A DNA stretch of 64,000 nt from Balanoglossus misakiensis. Lineage: Eukaryota > Animalia > Hemichordata. Of this stretch, positions 26,701-38,800 are shown piece after piece; positions within the stretch are counted from its first letter, which is position 1; each line of letters begins with the position of its first letter. The position numbers and the translations under genes are program-made. Location of the stretch: NCBI GenBank assembly GCA_040954595.2, contig CM082595.2, forward strand, positions 10,033,918 to 10,097,917, in the 5' to 3' direction. The notes beneath the pieces were generated by a model that searched no databases, was not told the origin of the DNA, and saw only the letters and a program-made list of their open reading frames with translations.

Positions 26701-29700
26701 GATTTCCTTCGGCCTGGCTCTGCAAAAGACCCGACACTCTAGTACAAAGACGTTGGCTAAGTCGGGCAAACCGAAGAGGGAAAGTCACAGCGGGTCAACA
26801 CTCGACATTTGTTCCGGTAGGACTACATTATTGCCTGTCAATTTATAGAGAAAGCCCGAATTTAACCAGGGCGTTTCAAACACCGACGTTAGTTGTGGGC
26901 ACGGCCTGCAGTACTGATGGGTAAGCTGACATCGGCGTACCGCATGTAATGTAGGGGGGGGGGACAGAACGGTTCAATACTACATTTATTAGATATCAGC
27001 TACTTTTGGACAATCATCTAAAATCTAAATCATTTTTTCATATTTGGATATCTGATGATGTATGAAATTTCCATTATATGTAAAAATGGTGCTGATTATA
27101 AAAAATGCACTTTGAATGAGCTGATTTAATACAAAATTGCGTTTTATTCGTTTTTGCACCAAAAAGGTCATTTTTAGTCAAAACATTCTTTATTTTTTTA
27201 ATACGGTGACCTTATCATATATAAACAATTGCTTGTATGTTAAAAGTTTTTATGACTTTTAAAAGCAGTGACACTGGCGGCATTCAACACGAAAATAACA
27301 ATTTTAGCCACAATTCGGTCAAAATGGTAAATTTTTGAAAATTAAAAAAAATACCTGTTTTCTACATTTTCGGAAATCTGATGGAGTATAGAATGCTCTT
27401 CGTATGTATATATCGATACAAATTCCACAAAAGACCGTCTAATTTGGCTCACTTCAGACAAAATTGCGTTTTACCAAATTTTCCTTGAAAATGTCATTTT
27501 TAGAAAAAAAAATAAAAAACCTTTGTTCTTCGAATTTAGTGCCTGATCATATATGACATGTTGATTGTATGTTAAAACTTTCGACCACTCCAAAAATGCT
27601 GAGATATTGACGGAATTCAAGAAAAAATAGCCATTTTGGCCATATTTTGACAAAAATGGTAAATTTTAAATTTTAAAAAATCATAAAAAATTAACTCTTT
27701 TCTTCATTTAAAAAATCATAAAAAATTAACTCTTTTCTTCATTTTCGGAAATATTATAGAGCATGAAGTGTCGTTCTCTTGTAAAAAGTGCTGCAAATTC
27801 CAGAAAAGGCGGTATAATTTGAATCACCCAAGACAAAATTACCATTTTCGACTTTTTTTCGAAAAATTGTCTTTTTAACAAAATGAATAAGAATAAATTC
27901 TTTTCTTAGTTTCAAACGGGAGGAGATACTTTCCACACGGGTTTTCTAACATTGAATTCCCGTTCATCAACTCAGATTTCCTACAGCATAAGTCGGCTAA
28001 AACCCTGACACTCTAGAGCAGAAACAGTTGCACACTGGTAACGTTGAACAAGTCGATTTTTCTACGGCCTGGCTCGGCTAAATCTCCGTCACAATATGAC
28101 AGACACTAGCGTACGTTAGCAACGGTGATCAAGTCAGATTTTCTACGGCATGGCTTGGATAAAGCCCCGGCACTCTAGAGCAGAAACACGCGTACAGAGA
28201 CCACGTTGATGAAGTCTGATCTCCTACGGCTTGGCTCGACTAAAACCCCGGCACACTATGACAGACACTATCGTACGTTAGCAACGGTGATCAAGTCAGA
28301 TTTTCTACGGCATGGCTTGGATAAAGCCCCGGCACTCTAGAGCAGAAACACGCGTACAGAGACCACGTTGATCTACTCACATTTCCTTCGGCCTGGCACG
28401 GCTGATGCCCCGGCACTATATATAGGACACAGACTGGCGTAAGTTAACAACGGTAATCACGTCGGGTTTCCTACGGCCTGGCTCAGCTGAAGCCCCGGCA
28501 CTCTAGAGCAGAAACAGGCGTACATTGACCACGTTGATCAAGTCAGATTTCCTACGGCGTGATTCGGCTGGTGCACCGGCTCTATATGACACAGACTGGC
28601 GTAAGTTATCAACGGTGATTACGTCGGATTTCCTACGGCATGGTTTAGCTGAAGCCCCGGCACTTTAGAGCGGAAACACGCGTACATTGACCACGTTGAT
28701 CAAGTCAGATTTCCTACGGCCTGGTTCGACTAAAACCCCGGCACACCACGACAGACACTAGCGTTCGTTAGCAACGGTGATCAAGTCGGATTTCCTTCGG
28801 CCTGGCTCGGCAAAAGACCCGACCCTCTAGTACAAAGACGTTGGCGAGGTCGGGCAAACCGAAGAGGGAAAGTCACAGCGGGTCAACACTCGACATTTGT
28901 TCGGGTAGGACTGCATTATTGCCTGTTAATTTATAGAGAAAGCCCGAATTTAACCAGGGCGTTTCACACACCGACGTTATTTGGGGGCGCGGCCTGCAGT
29001 ACTGCCGGGTAAGCTGACATCGGCGTACCGCATATAATGTAGGGGGGGACAGAACGGTTCAATACTACATTTATTAGATATCAGCTAATTTTGGACAATC
29101 ATCTAAAATCTAAATCATTTTTTCATATTTGGATATCTGATGATGTATGAAATTTCCAATATATGTAAAAATGGTGCTGATTATAAAAAATGCACTCTGA
29201 ATGAGCTGATTTAATACAAAATTGCGTTTTATTCGTTTTTGCACCAAAAAGGTCATTTTTAGGCAAAACATTCTTTATTTTTTTAATTCGGTGACCTGAT
29301 CATATATAAACAATTGCTTGTATGTTAAAAGTTTTTATGACTTTTAAAAGCAGTGACTCTGGCGGCATTCAACACGAAAATAACAATTTTAGCCACAATT
29401 TGGTCAAAATGGTAAATTTTTGAAAATTACAAAAAATACCTGTTTTCTACATTTTTGGAAATCTGATGGAGTATAGAATGCTCTTCGTATGTATATATCG
29501 ATACAAATTCCACAAAAGACCGTCTAATTTGGCTCACTGCAGACAAAATTGCGTTTTACCAAATTTTCCTTGAAAATGTCATTTTTAGAAAAAAAAATAA
29601 AAAAACCTTTGTTCTTCAAATGTGGTGCCCTGATCATATATGACATGTTGATTGTATGTTAAAACTTTCGACCACTCCAAAAATGCAGAGATATTGACGG

Positions 29701-32700
29701 AATTCAAGAAAAAATAGCCATTTTGGCCATATTTTGACAAAAATGGTAAATTTTTAAAAAATCATAAAAAATTAACTATTTTCTTCATTTTCGGAAATAT
29801 TATGGAGCATGAAGTGTCGTTCTCTTGTAAAAAGTGCTGCAAATTCCAGAAAAGGTGGTATAATTTGAATCACCCAAGACAAAATTACCATTTTCGACTT
29901 TTTTTCGAAAAATTGTCTTTTTAACAAAATAAATAAGAATAAATTCTTTTCTTAGTTTCAAACGGGAGGAGATACTTTCCACACGGGTTTTCTAACATTG
30001 AATTCCCGTTCATCAACTCAGATTTCCTACAGCATAAGTCGGCTAAAACCCTGACACTCTAGAGCAGAAACAGTTGCACACTGGTAACGTTGAACAAGTC
30101 GATTTTTCTACGGCCTGGCTCGGCTAAATCTCCGTCACAATATGACAGACACTAGCGTACGTTAGCAACGGTGATCAAGTCAGATTTTCTACGGCATGGC
30201 TTGGATAAAGCCCCGGCACTCTAGAGCAGAAACACGCGTACAGAGACCACGTTGATGAAGTCTGATCTCCTACGGCTTGGCTCGACTAAAACCCCGGCAC
30301 ACTATGACAGACACTATCGTACGTTAGCAACGGTGATCAAGTCAGATTTTCTACGGCATGGCTTGGATAAAGCCCCGGCACTCTAGAGCAGAAACACGCG
30401 TACAGAGACCACGTTGGTCTACTCACATTTCCTTCGGCCTGGCACGGCTGATGCCCCGGCACTATATATAGGACACAGACTGGCGTAAGTTAACAACGGT
30501 AATCACGTCGGGTTTCCTACGGCCTGGCTCAGCTGAAGCCCCGGCACTCTAGAGCAGAAACAGGCGTACATTGACCACGTTGATCAAGTCAGATTTCCTA
30601 CGGCGTGATTCGGCTGGTGCACCGGCTCTATATGACACAGACTGGCGTAAGTTATCAACGGTGATTACGTCGGATTTCCTACGGCATGGTTTAGCTGAAG
30701 CCCCGGCACTTTAGAGCGGAAACACGCGTACATTGACCACGATGATCAAGTCAGATCTCCTACGGCCTGGCTCGACTAAAACCCCGGCACACCATGACAG
30801 ACACTAGCGTTCGTTAGCAACGGTGATCAAGTCGGATTTCCTTCGGCCTGGCTCTGCAAAAGACCCGACACATTAGTACAAAGACGTTGGCTAAGTCGGG
30901 CAAACCGAAGAGGGAAAGTCACAGCGGGTCAACACTCGACATTTGTTCGGGTAGGACTGCATTATTGCCTGTTAATTTATAGAGAAAGCCCGAATTTAAC
31001 CAGGGCGTTTCACACACCGACGTTATTTGGGGGCACGGCCTGCAGTACTGCCGGGTAAGCTGACATCGGCGTACCGCATATAATGTAGGGGGGGACAGAA
31101 CGGTTCAATACTACATTTATTAGATATCAGCTAATTTTGGACAATCATCTAAAATCTAAATCATTTTTTCATATTTGGATATCTGATGATGTATGAAATT
31201 TCCAATATATGTAAAAATGGTGCTGATTATAAAAAATGCACTCTGAATGAGCTGATTTAATACAAAATTGCGTTTTATTCGTTTTTGCACCAAAAAGGTC
31301 ATTTTTAGGCAAAACATTCTTTATTTTTTTAATTCGGTGGCCTGATCATATATAAGCAATTGCTTGCATGTTAAAAGTTTTTATGACTTTTAAAAGCAGT
31401 GACACTGGCGGCATTCAACACGAAAATAACAATTTTAACCACAATTTGGTCAAAATGGTAAATTTTTGAAAATTACAAAAAATACCTGTTTTCTACATTT
31501 TCGGAAATCTGATGGAGTATAGAATGCTCTTCGTATATATATATCGATACAAGTTCCACAAAAGACCGTCTAATTTGGCTCACTGCAGACAAAATTGCGT
31601 TTTACCAAATTTTCCTTGAAAATGTCATTTTTAGAAAAATAAAATAAAACAACCTTCGTTCTTCGAATTTGGTGCCCTGATCATATATGACATGTTGATT
31701 GTATGTTAAAACTTTCGACCACTCCAAAAATGCAGAGATATTGACGGAATTCAAGAAAAAATAGCCATTTTGGCCATATTTTGACAAAATGGTACATTTT
31801 TAAAAAATCATAAAAAATAAACTCTTTTCTTCATTTTCGGAAATATTATGGAGCATGAAGTGTCGTTCTCTTGTAAAAAGTGCTGCAAATTCCAGAAAAT
31901 GTGGTATAATTTGAATCACCCAAGACAAAATTACCATTTTCGACTTTTTTTCGAAAAATTGTCTTGTTTCACAAAATAAATAAGAATAAATTCTTTTCAT
32001 AGTTCCAAACGGGTAGAGATACTTTCCACACGGGTTTTCTAACATTGAATTCCCGTTCATCAACTCAGATTTCCTACAGCATAAGTCGGCTAAAACCCTG
32101 ACACTCTAGAGCAGAAACAGTTGCACACTGGTAACGTTGAACAAGTCGATTTTTCTATGGCCTGGCTCGGCTAAATCTCCGTCACAATATGACAGACACT
32201 AGCGTACGTTAGCAACGGTGATCAAGTCAGATTTTCTACGGCATGGCTTGGATAAAGCCCCGGCACTCTAGAGCAGAAACACGCGTACAGAGACCACGTT
32301 GATGAAGTCTGATCTCCTACGGTATGGCTCGACTAAAACCCCGGCACACTATGACAGACACTATCGTACGTTAGCAACGGTGATCAAGTCAGATTTTCTA
32401 CGGCATGGCTTGGATAAAGCCCCGGCACTCTAGAGCAGAAACACGCGTACAGAGACCACGTTGATCTACTCACATTTCCTTCGGCCTGGCACGGCTGATG
32501 CCCCGGCACTATATATAGGACACAGACTGGCGTAAGTTAACAACGGTAATCACGTCGGGTTTCCTACGGCCTGGCTCAGCTGAAGCCCCGGCACTCTAGA
32601 GCAGAAACAGGCGTACATTGACCACGTTGATCAAGTCAGATTTCCTACGGCGTGATTCGGCTGGTGCACCGGCTCTATATGACACAGACTGGCGTAAGTT

Positions 32701-34684
32701 ATCAACGGTGATTACGTCGGATTTCCTACGGCATGGTTTAGCTGAAGCCCCGGCACTTTAGAGCGGAAACACGCGTACATTGACCACGATGATCAAGTCA
32801 GATCTCCTACGGCCTGGCTCTTCTAAAACCCCGGCACACCATGACAGACACTAGCGTTCGTTAGCAACGGTGATCAAGTCGGATTTCCTTCGGCCTGGCT
32901 CTGCAAAAGACCCGACACATTAGTACAAAGACGTTGGCTAAGTCGGGCAAACCGAAGAGGGAAAGTCACAGCGGGTCAACACTCGACATTTGTTCGGGTA
33001 GGACTGCATTATTGCCTGTCAATTTATAGAGAGAGCCCGAATTTAACCAGGGCGTTTCAAACACCGACGTTTGTTGGGGGCACGGCCTACAGTACTGCCG
33101 GGTAAGCTGACATCGGCGTACCGCATATAATGTAAGGGGGGGGGGGACAGAACGGTTCAATACTACATTTATTAGATATCAGCTAATTTTGGACAATCAT
33201 CTAAAATCTAAATCATTTTTTCATATTTGGATATCTGATGATGTATGAAATTTCCATTATATGTAAAAATGGTGCTTATTATAAAACATGCACTCTGAAT
33301 GAACTGATTTAATAAAAGATTGCGTTTTATTCGTTTTTGCACCAAAAAGGTCATTTTTAGGCAAAACATTCTTTATATTTTTAATTCGGTGACCTGATCA
33401 TATATAAACAATTGCTTGTGTGTTAAAAGTTTTTATGGCTTTTAAAAGCAGTGACACTGGCGGCATTCATCACGAAAATAATAATTTTAGCCACAATTTG
33501 GTCAAAATGGCAAATTTTTGAAAATTACAAAAAATACCTGTTTTCTACATTTTCGGAAATCTGATGGAGTATAGAATGCCCTTCGTATGTATATATCGAT
33601 ACAAATGCCACAAAAGACCGTCTAAGTTGGCTCACTGCAGACAAAATTGCGTTTTACCAAATTTTCCTTGAAAATGTCATTTTTAGAAAAAAAAATAAAA
33701 AAACCTTTATTCTTCGAATTTGGTGCCCTGATCATATATGACATGTTGATTGTATGTTAAAACTCTCGACCACTCCAAAAATGCAGAGATATTGACGGAA
33801 TTCAAGAAAAATAGCCATTTTGGCCATATTTTGACAAAAATGGTAAATTTTTGAAAAATCATAAAAAATTAACTCTTTTCTTCATTTTCGGAAATATTAT
33901 GGAGCATGAAGTGTCGTTCTCTTGTAAAAAGTGCTGCAAATTCCAGAAAAGGCGGTATAATTTGAATCACCCAAGACAAAATTGCAATTTTTCGACTTTT
34001 TTTCGAAAAATTGTCTTTTTTACAAAATAAATAAGAATAAATTCTTTTCTTAGTTTCAAACGGGTAGAGATACTTTCCACACGGGTTTTCTAACATTGAA
34101 TTCCCGTTCATCAACTCAGATTTCCTACAGCATAAGTCGGCTAAAACCCTGACACTCTAGAGCAGAAACAGTTGCACACTGGTAACGTTGAACAAGTCGA
34201 TTTTTCTACGGCCTGGCTCGGCTAAATCTCCGTCACAATATGACAGACACTAGCGTACGTTAGCAACGGTGATCAAGTCAGATTTTCTACGGCATGGGTT
34301 GGATAAAGCCCCGGCACTCTAGAGCAGAAACACGCGTACAGAGACCACGTTGATCAAGTCTGATCTCCTACGGCTTGGCTCGACTAAAACCCCGGCACAC
34401 TATGACAGACATTAGCGTTCGTTAGCAACGTTGATCAAGTCAGATTTCCTACGGCATGGCTTGGCTAAAGCCCTGGCACTCTAGAGCAGAAACACGCGTA
34501 CAGAGACCACGTTGATCTACTCACATTTCCTTCGGCCTGGCACGGCTGATGCCCCGGCACTATATATAGGACACAAACTGGCGTAAGTTAACAACGGTAA
34601 TCACGTCGGGTTTCCCACGGCCTGGCTCAGCTGAAGCCCCGGCACTCTAGAGCAGAAACAGGCGTACATTGACCACGTTGATCA
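11714..34684 (-). repeat. Same satellite, inverted arm (poly-G orientation), part 1
   Basis: The reverse-complement marker ACTACATTTATTAGATATCA (or a 1-nt variant) recurs at ~13597, 15491, 17545, 19264, 20821, 22883, 24935, 26979, 29064, 31110 and 33161. Full monomers are spaced ~2045-2060 bp apart. Confidence 0.97.
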
Positions 34685-34836
34685 CGTTGATGGGGCGTTA
34701 CGTAACTGCCGAGCATGCTACACGTGTGACAGACCAGCTCTCCAAAATTTCATCGAAAACGCTGTCCCCGACCTGGTTTTTGAATTGTTACCGAGTGTGA
34801 AAGGTACAACACATCACCCAGACACTCTACCGTGAA

Positions 34837-35796
34837 ATGGGAATCTCTACAGCTCAATATCGGGCCAAAATAGGCTCTTTTGGAGGAGGTAACCCTTTCC
34901 GTCACACTAAGTCATTCAAGATGGCTTCTCTCACTGTACCGCTAATGAACTGCCACGTATCACTGTCCGTCAAGCTGTGCCTTGTTTTGCTGCTGGTGGT
35001 TGCAGGTGACATAGAGCGTAATCCTGGGCCTCCAAGATCCAAAGCTGATTTGGCTACAAAGGATGATATCGTTGGGATTCATGAAAAACTTGATAAAATA
35101 ATTGCCGAATCGGAATTCGTTCACCAAAAGTTAGAGCTGTTACAGAACCGAATGGACGGCATAGAGGACGACATTGCAGAACTACGTGATAACTTACAAA
35201 ATAATTCAACGAAACTTGCCGACATAGAATCTAAACATGAAGCTATTGGTGGGATTACCTCGACGTTAGACCAACTAAGGAAAGACAACTGTGTTCTACG
35301 ACGTGCAAATGACGACCTAGAAAATAGAAGCAGACGAAACAACCTGGTATTCTATGGTGTTAGTCAAGATGAACCAAACGAGACCTGGAACACGTCGGAA
35401 GAAAAGGTAAAATCCATTCTATCAAATAACCTTGGTATCACTGAAGACATTGATTTTGAGAGAGTTCATCGAATTTCCAACGCACCAGAAATCCGTGGTT
35501 CAAAGCCAATCATCGCCATGTTTACACGCTTCAAGGACAAGTCAAGAGTTTTCTCGGCCGCTAGCAAGCTGAAAGGTACGGACATGAGTATCGGGGAAGA
35601 TTTTTCTAAGCGAATACGCGCAATTCGGTCAAGGCTACTATCTTTTCGTAAGTCACTGCTTGATGATAATCCATCTTTGAAGGTACAAATACGCTATGAC
35701 AAGTTGACATACGTCGATGATAACGGACAGAGGAAAACTTACAAAGTTAACGAAGAAACGGCCCAGATCGTTGAAATTAAAGAACCAGCTCGGTAG
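34837..35796 (+). CDS. LINE ORF1 protein (319 aa): N-terminal leader with a 2A-like peptide, coiled coil, and L1/Transposase_22-type RRM plus C-terminal domain
   Basis: The ATG is in a good context (GAAATGG). Heptad-like region ~aa 80-160, then DLENRSRRNNLVFYGV, IDFERVHRI, KPIIAMFTRFKDK and IGEDFSKRIRAIR, motifs typical of L1-type ORF1p RRM/CTD domains. Confidence 0.9.
   Translation: MGISTAQYRAKIGSFGGGNPFRHTKSFKMASLTVPLMNCHVSLSVKLCLVLLLVVAGDIERNPGPPRSKADLATKDDIVGIHEKLDKIIAESEFVHQKLELLQNRMDGIEDDIAELRDNLQNNSTKLADIESKHEAIGGITSTLDQLRKDNCVLRRANDDLENRSRRNNLVFYGVSQDEPNETWNTSEEKVKSILSNNLGITEDIDFERVHRISNAPEIRGSKPIIAMFTRFKDKSRVFSAASKLKGTDMSIGEDFSKRIRAIRSRLLSFRKSLLDDNPSLKVQIRYDKLTYVDDNGQRKTYKVNEETAQIVEIKEPAR
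35005..35031 (+). other. 2A-like StopGo (ribosomal skipping) motif G-D-I-E-R-N-P-G|P
   Basis: Exact match to the consensus D(V/I)ExNPG|P, preceded by LCLVLLLVVAG. The predicted skip is between Gly64 and Pro65 of ORF1. Confidence 0.85.
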
Positions 35797-35814
35797 GGGT
35801 GTGGCCAAGGCCCT

Positions 35815-38800
35815 GTGAACTCTAGTTTGTCAATATTAACGTGGAATATACGAGGTTTAAAGCAAAAAATAGGTAACAGTGACTTTATTTCTTTTTGTTC
35901 AAAGTACGATATTATAGGTTTACAAGAAACATTTTGTACTGAGAGAGATAATGTCGATATTCTGAAAAACCACGTTGTATTCTCATCACCTGCCAAAAAA
36001 CGATTTGTCAAAGGTAGACCGAGTGGTGGATCTGCGCTTTATATTAAGAAAAATATTGCTGATAAAGTGAGTAGAGTTAATGCTGATATAGATAATTGTA
36101 TATTTATCAAGATACATAAGAGTTTATTTCAATTTAATAGCGATGTAATTTTTGGTTGTTGCTATTTACGACCAGAGTCCATTTTAGATCACATTGAAAC
36201 TTTGGAAAATCAACTCATTGTCATGAAAAGTAATTTTCCTGATAGCCTTTGTATACTTGGAGGCGACTTCAATGCACGAACGGGTACAGACGATGATTTC
36301 ATTTTTGACGATTCGCTGTCTTTTTTACCCATTGATACTGATATGTATATTTCGTCAGATTTTCATGCACCTAGAAATTCGAAAGACACATTGGTAAACG
36401 AGGCGGGAAAAGCTCTCCTTAACATCTGTCGCAATTTTGGTATCCACATTGTTAACGGGCGCACAGCCAATGATATTGCAGGCAGTATTACCCACGTATC
36501 GACGACGGGTGGCAGTGTTATCGATTATGTAATTATGTCACCAGACCTTTTCAGATATGTTAACCATTTTGAAGTCCTCCCTCGTATCGAATCAGATCAC
36601 TTTCCCATCACCTGTCATCTTAAGTCTAAAAACATTCTTACACAGAAAACAAACCGTCCAGTTGGTACTGTTTCAAATTCTATAGTTTATCGTATGACTG
36701 AGAAATGTAGAAATCATTTCAGTGATAATTTACGTTCTGCTTCTGTGCACAACCTGTTGGTAGAATCAAAAAGGGCACTGCCAGACATAAGTCGTTCCAT
36801 TCATATCCTGAATGACGCTTTAAAGGTAGCAGGTACAGATGGGCGCATTCAGACTAGCTCTCAGAACAAACAAACGACTTCTCAGCCACCTTGGTTTGGT
36901 GAACTTTGCCAACAAGCTAAAAATAACGTCTATGACAAGTTAAAGCTGTTTAGGCAAATGGGGTGCTCTGATTCACTAAATCACTATAAAACTGCGAAAA
37001 AATCCTTCAGACAGATTTGCAAGAACTGCAAGGCAAACTATCAACATTCTCTTCGAAATCGCTTTCGAGAGGCTGCATTGAATAATTCGGGTGAATTTTG
37101 GACCATTTTAAAGTCAGTGTCTGGCCGTAAGAAAGGTTCTACGAGTGATATTGACATCCAGACATGGTTTCACTATTTCAGTGATTTGTACAGAAAATGC
37201 AACGATTTAAAGTCGGGAGATTTGGAGTTCTTGCAATCTGTCGAAGATCAATTGGCTAACTATTTTAGCGGGGATGGACCAGAGGAGATCGATCACGATA
37301 CAAATGAAGTTTTAAATACCCCAATAACTGAAGATGAAGTGTTAAAATGTCTTAAAAAGTTGAAATCTGGGAAAGCACCCGGTCCAGATGGCATACCCAA
37401 TGAGTTTTACTCCTCTGCTGCAGATATAATTTTACCAGTGCTTGTAGAATTATTCAATTTAATTTTCGATTCTGGTATTTTCCCTTCCGAATGGTCCTCT
37501 GCTATTGTGATCCCATTATTCAAAAAAGGAGACACGGGGGACGCCAATAATTACAGAGGTATTTCCCTCTTAAATGCTCTTGGTAAAGTCTTTACCGCTG
37601 TCCTAAATACTCGTTTGTCCACATGGTCGGACAGTTCAAATATAGTGTCAGATTGCCAATCAGGGTTCAGAAAGAAGCATAGTACTGTTGACAATATTTT
37701 TGTTCTGCACTCTATCATTCAGAAATATTTAAGCATAAGACGCGGGAAAATTTACTGCCTCTTTATCGACTTTTCCAAGGCCTTTGACAGAATTAACCAC
37801 TCTCTTTTGTTATACAAACTGTTGTCACTGGGTATGAAAGGTAAAATGTTTCAAATTCTGCACTCTATGTATAGTGGTGTCAAGGCTTGTGTACGGGCTG
37901 GCAATGTATCGTCTCAGTATTTTGAATGCCCCGCTGGTGTGAGACAGGGATGCATTCTCAGTCCAATACTATTTAGCTTCTTTATTGAAGAACTCAATCA
38001 TATGTTCATGTCATCTGGTCAAATGGGTATTCAGCTAACACAAGATATGCGCGACCTTTTTGACCTTCTGTATGCAGATGATGTGGTAATATTTGCCGAT
38101 TCGATTAGAAATCTCCAGAGTCTAATTGACATTCTTTCTTCATTTTGTACAAAATGGCGTATGGAGGTTAACCTCGACAAAACGAAGGTTATGATTTTTC
38201 GAAAAGGGGGTCACCCCTCTCGTTTAGAAAAGTGGTATTTCCGTGGTAAAATGCTTGAAATAGTTTCGTACTACAAATACTTGGGTCTTCTTCTTTCTTC
38301 AAGGAATACTTGGTCAAAAGCGGTGTACACTTTAGCTTATCAAGCCGGAAAGGCTTTGAATATATTGTCCACCACCAGACGGAAACTAGATTTTCTGGAT
38401 ATTAATGTTCATTTTAAATTATTCGATGCAATGATTGTACCAATTTTATCATATGGGGCAGAAATTTGGGGATTTCAATATTTTGAAGTGTTAGAGAATG
38501 TACAGAGGAGGTGGTGTAGGCTACTGCTGGGAGTACCTAAACACACTACTACAGAAGCAGTAATGGGAGAATGTGGACGTCTCCCTATCTATTGTACCAC
38601 CATAAAACGTTGCATCGCTTACTGGTTAAAACTCCTCGAAATGCCACCCCATAGAATTCCAAGGCAGGCATATTTGATGTTGTGTAATTTAGACAATATG
38701 GGTAGAAATACTTGGGCAACCTCAGTAAAGGATATTTTATTTTCATTCGGATTTGGGTTTGCCTGGGTTTCTCAGGACGTTGGTGACAAAAAACATTTTC

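Noticed and set aside
34690-34800. Upstream ATGs in the LINE 5' region (34690, and 34715 encoding MLHV*)
   Set aside because: The first probably comes from duplicated target sequence. The second is a 4-codon uORF, and one copy gives no evidence of function.
35121-36011. Antisense ORFs (35121-35342 and 35739-36011) within the LINE
   Set aside because: They are short shadow frames opposite real coding sequence and have no motifs.
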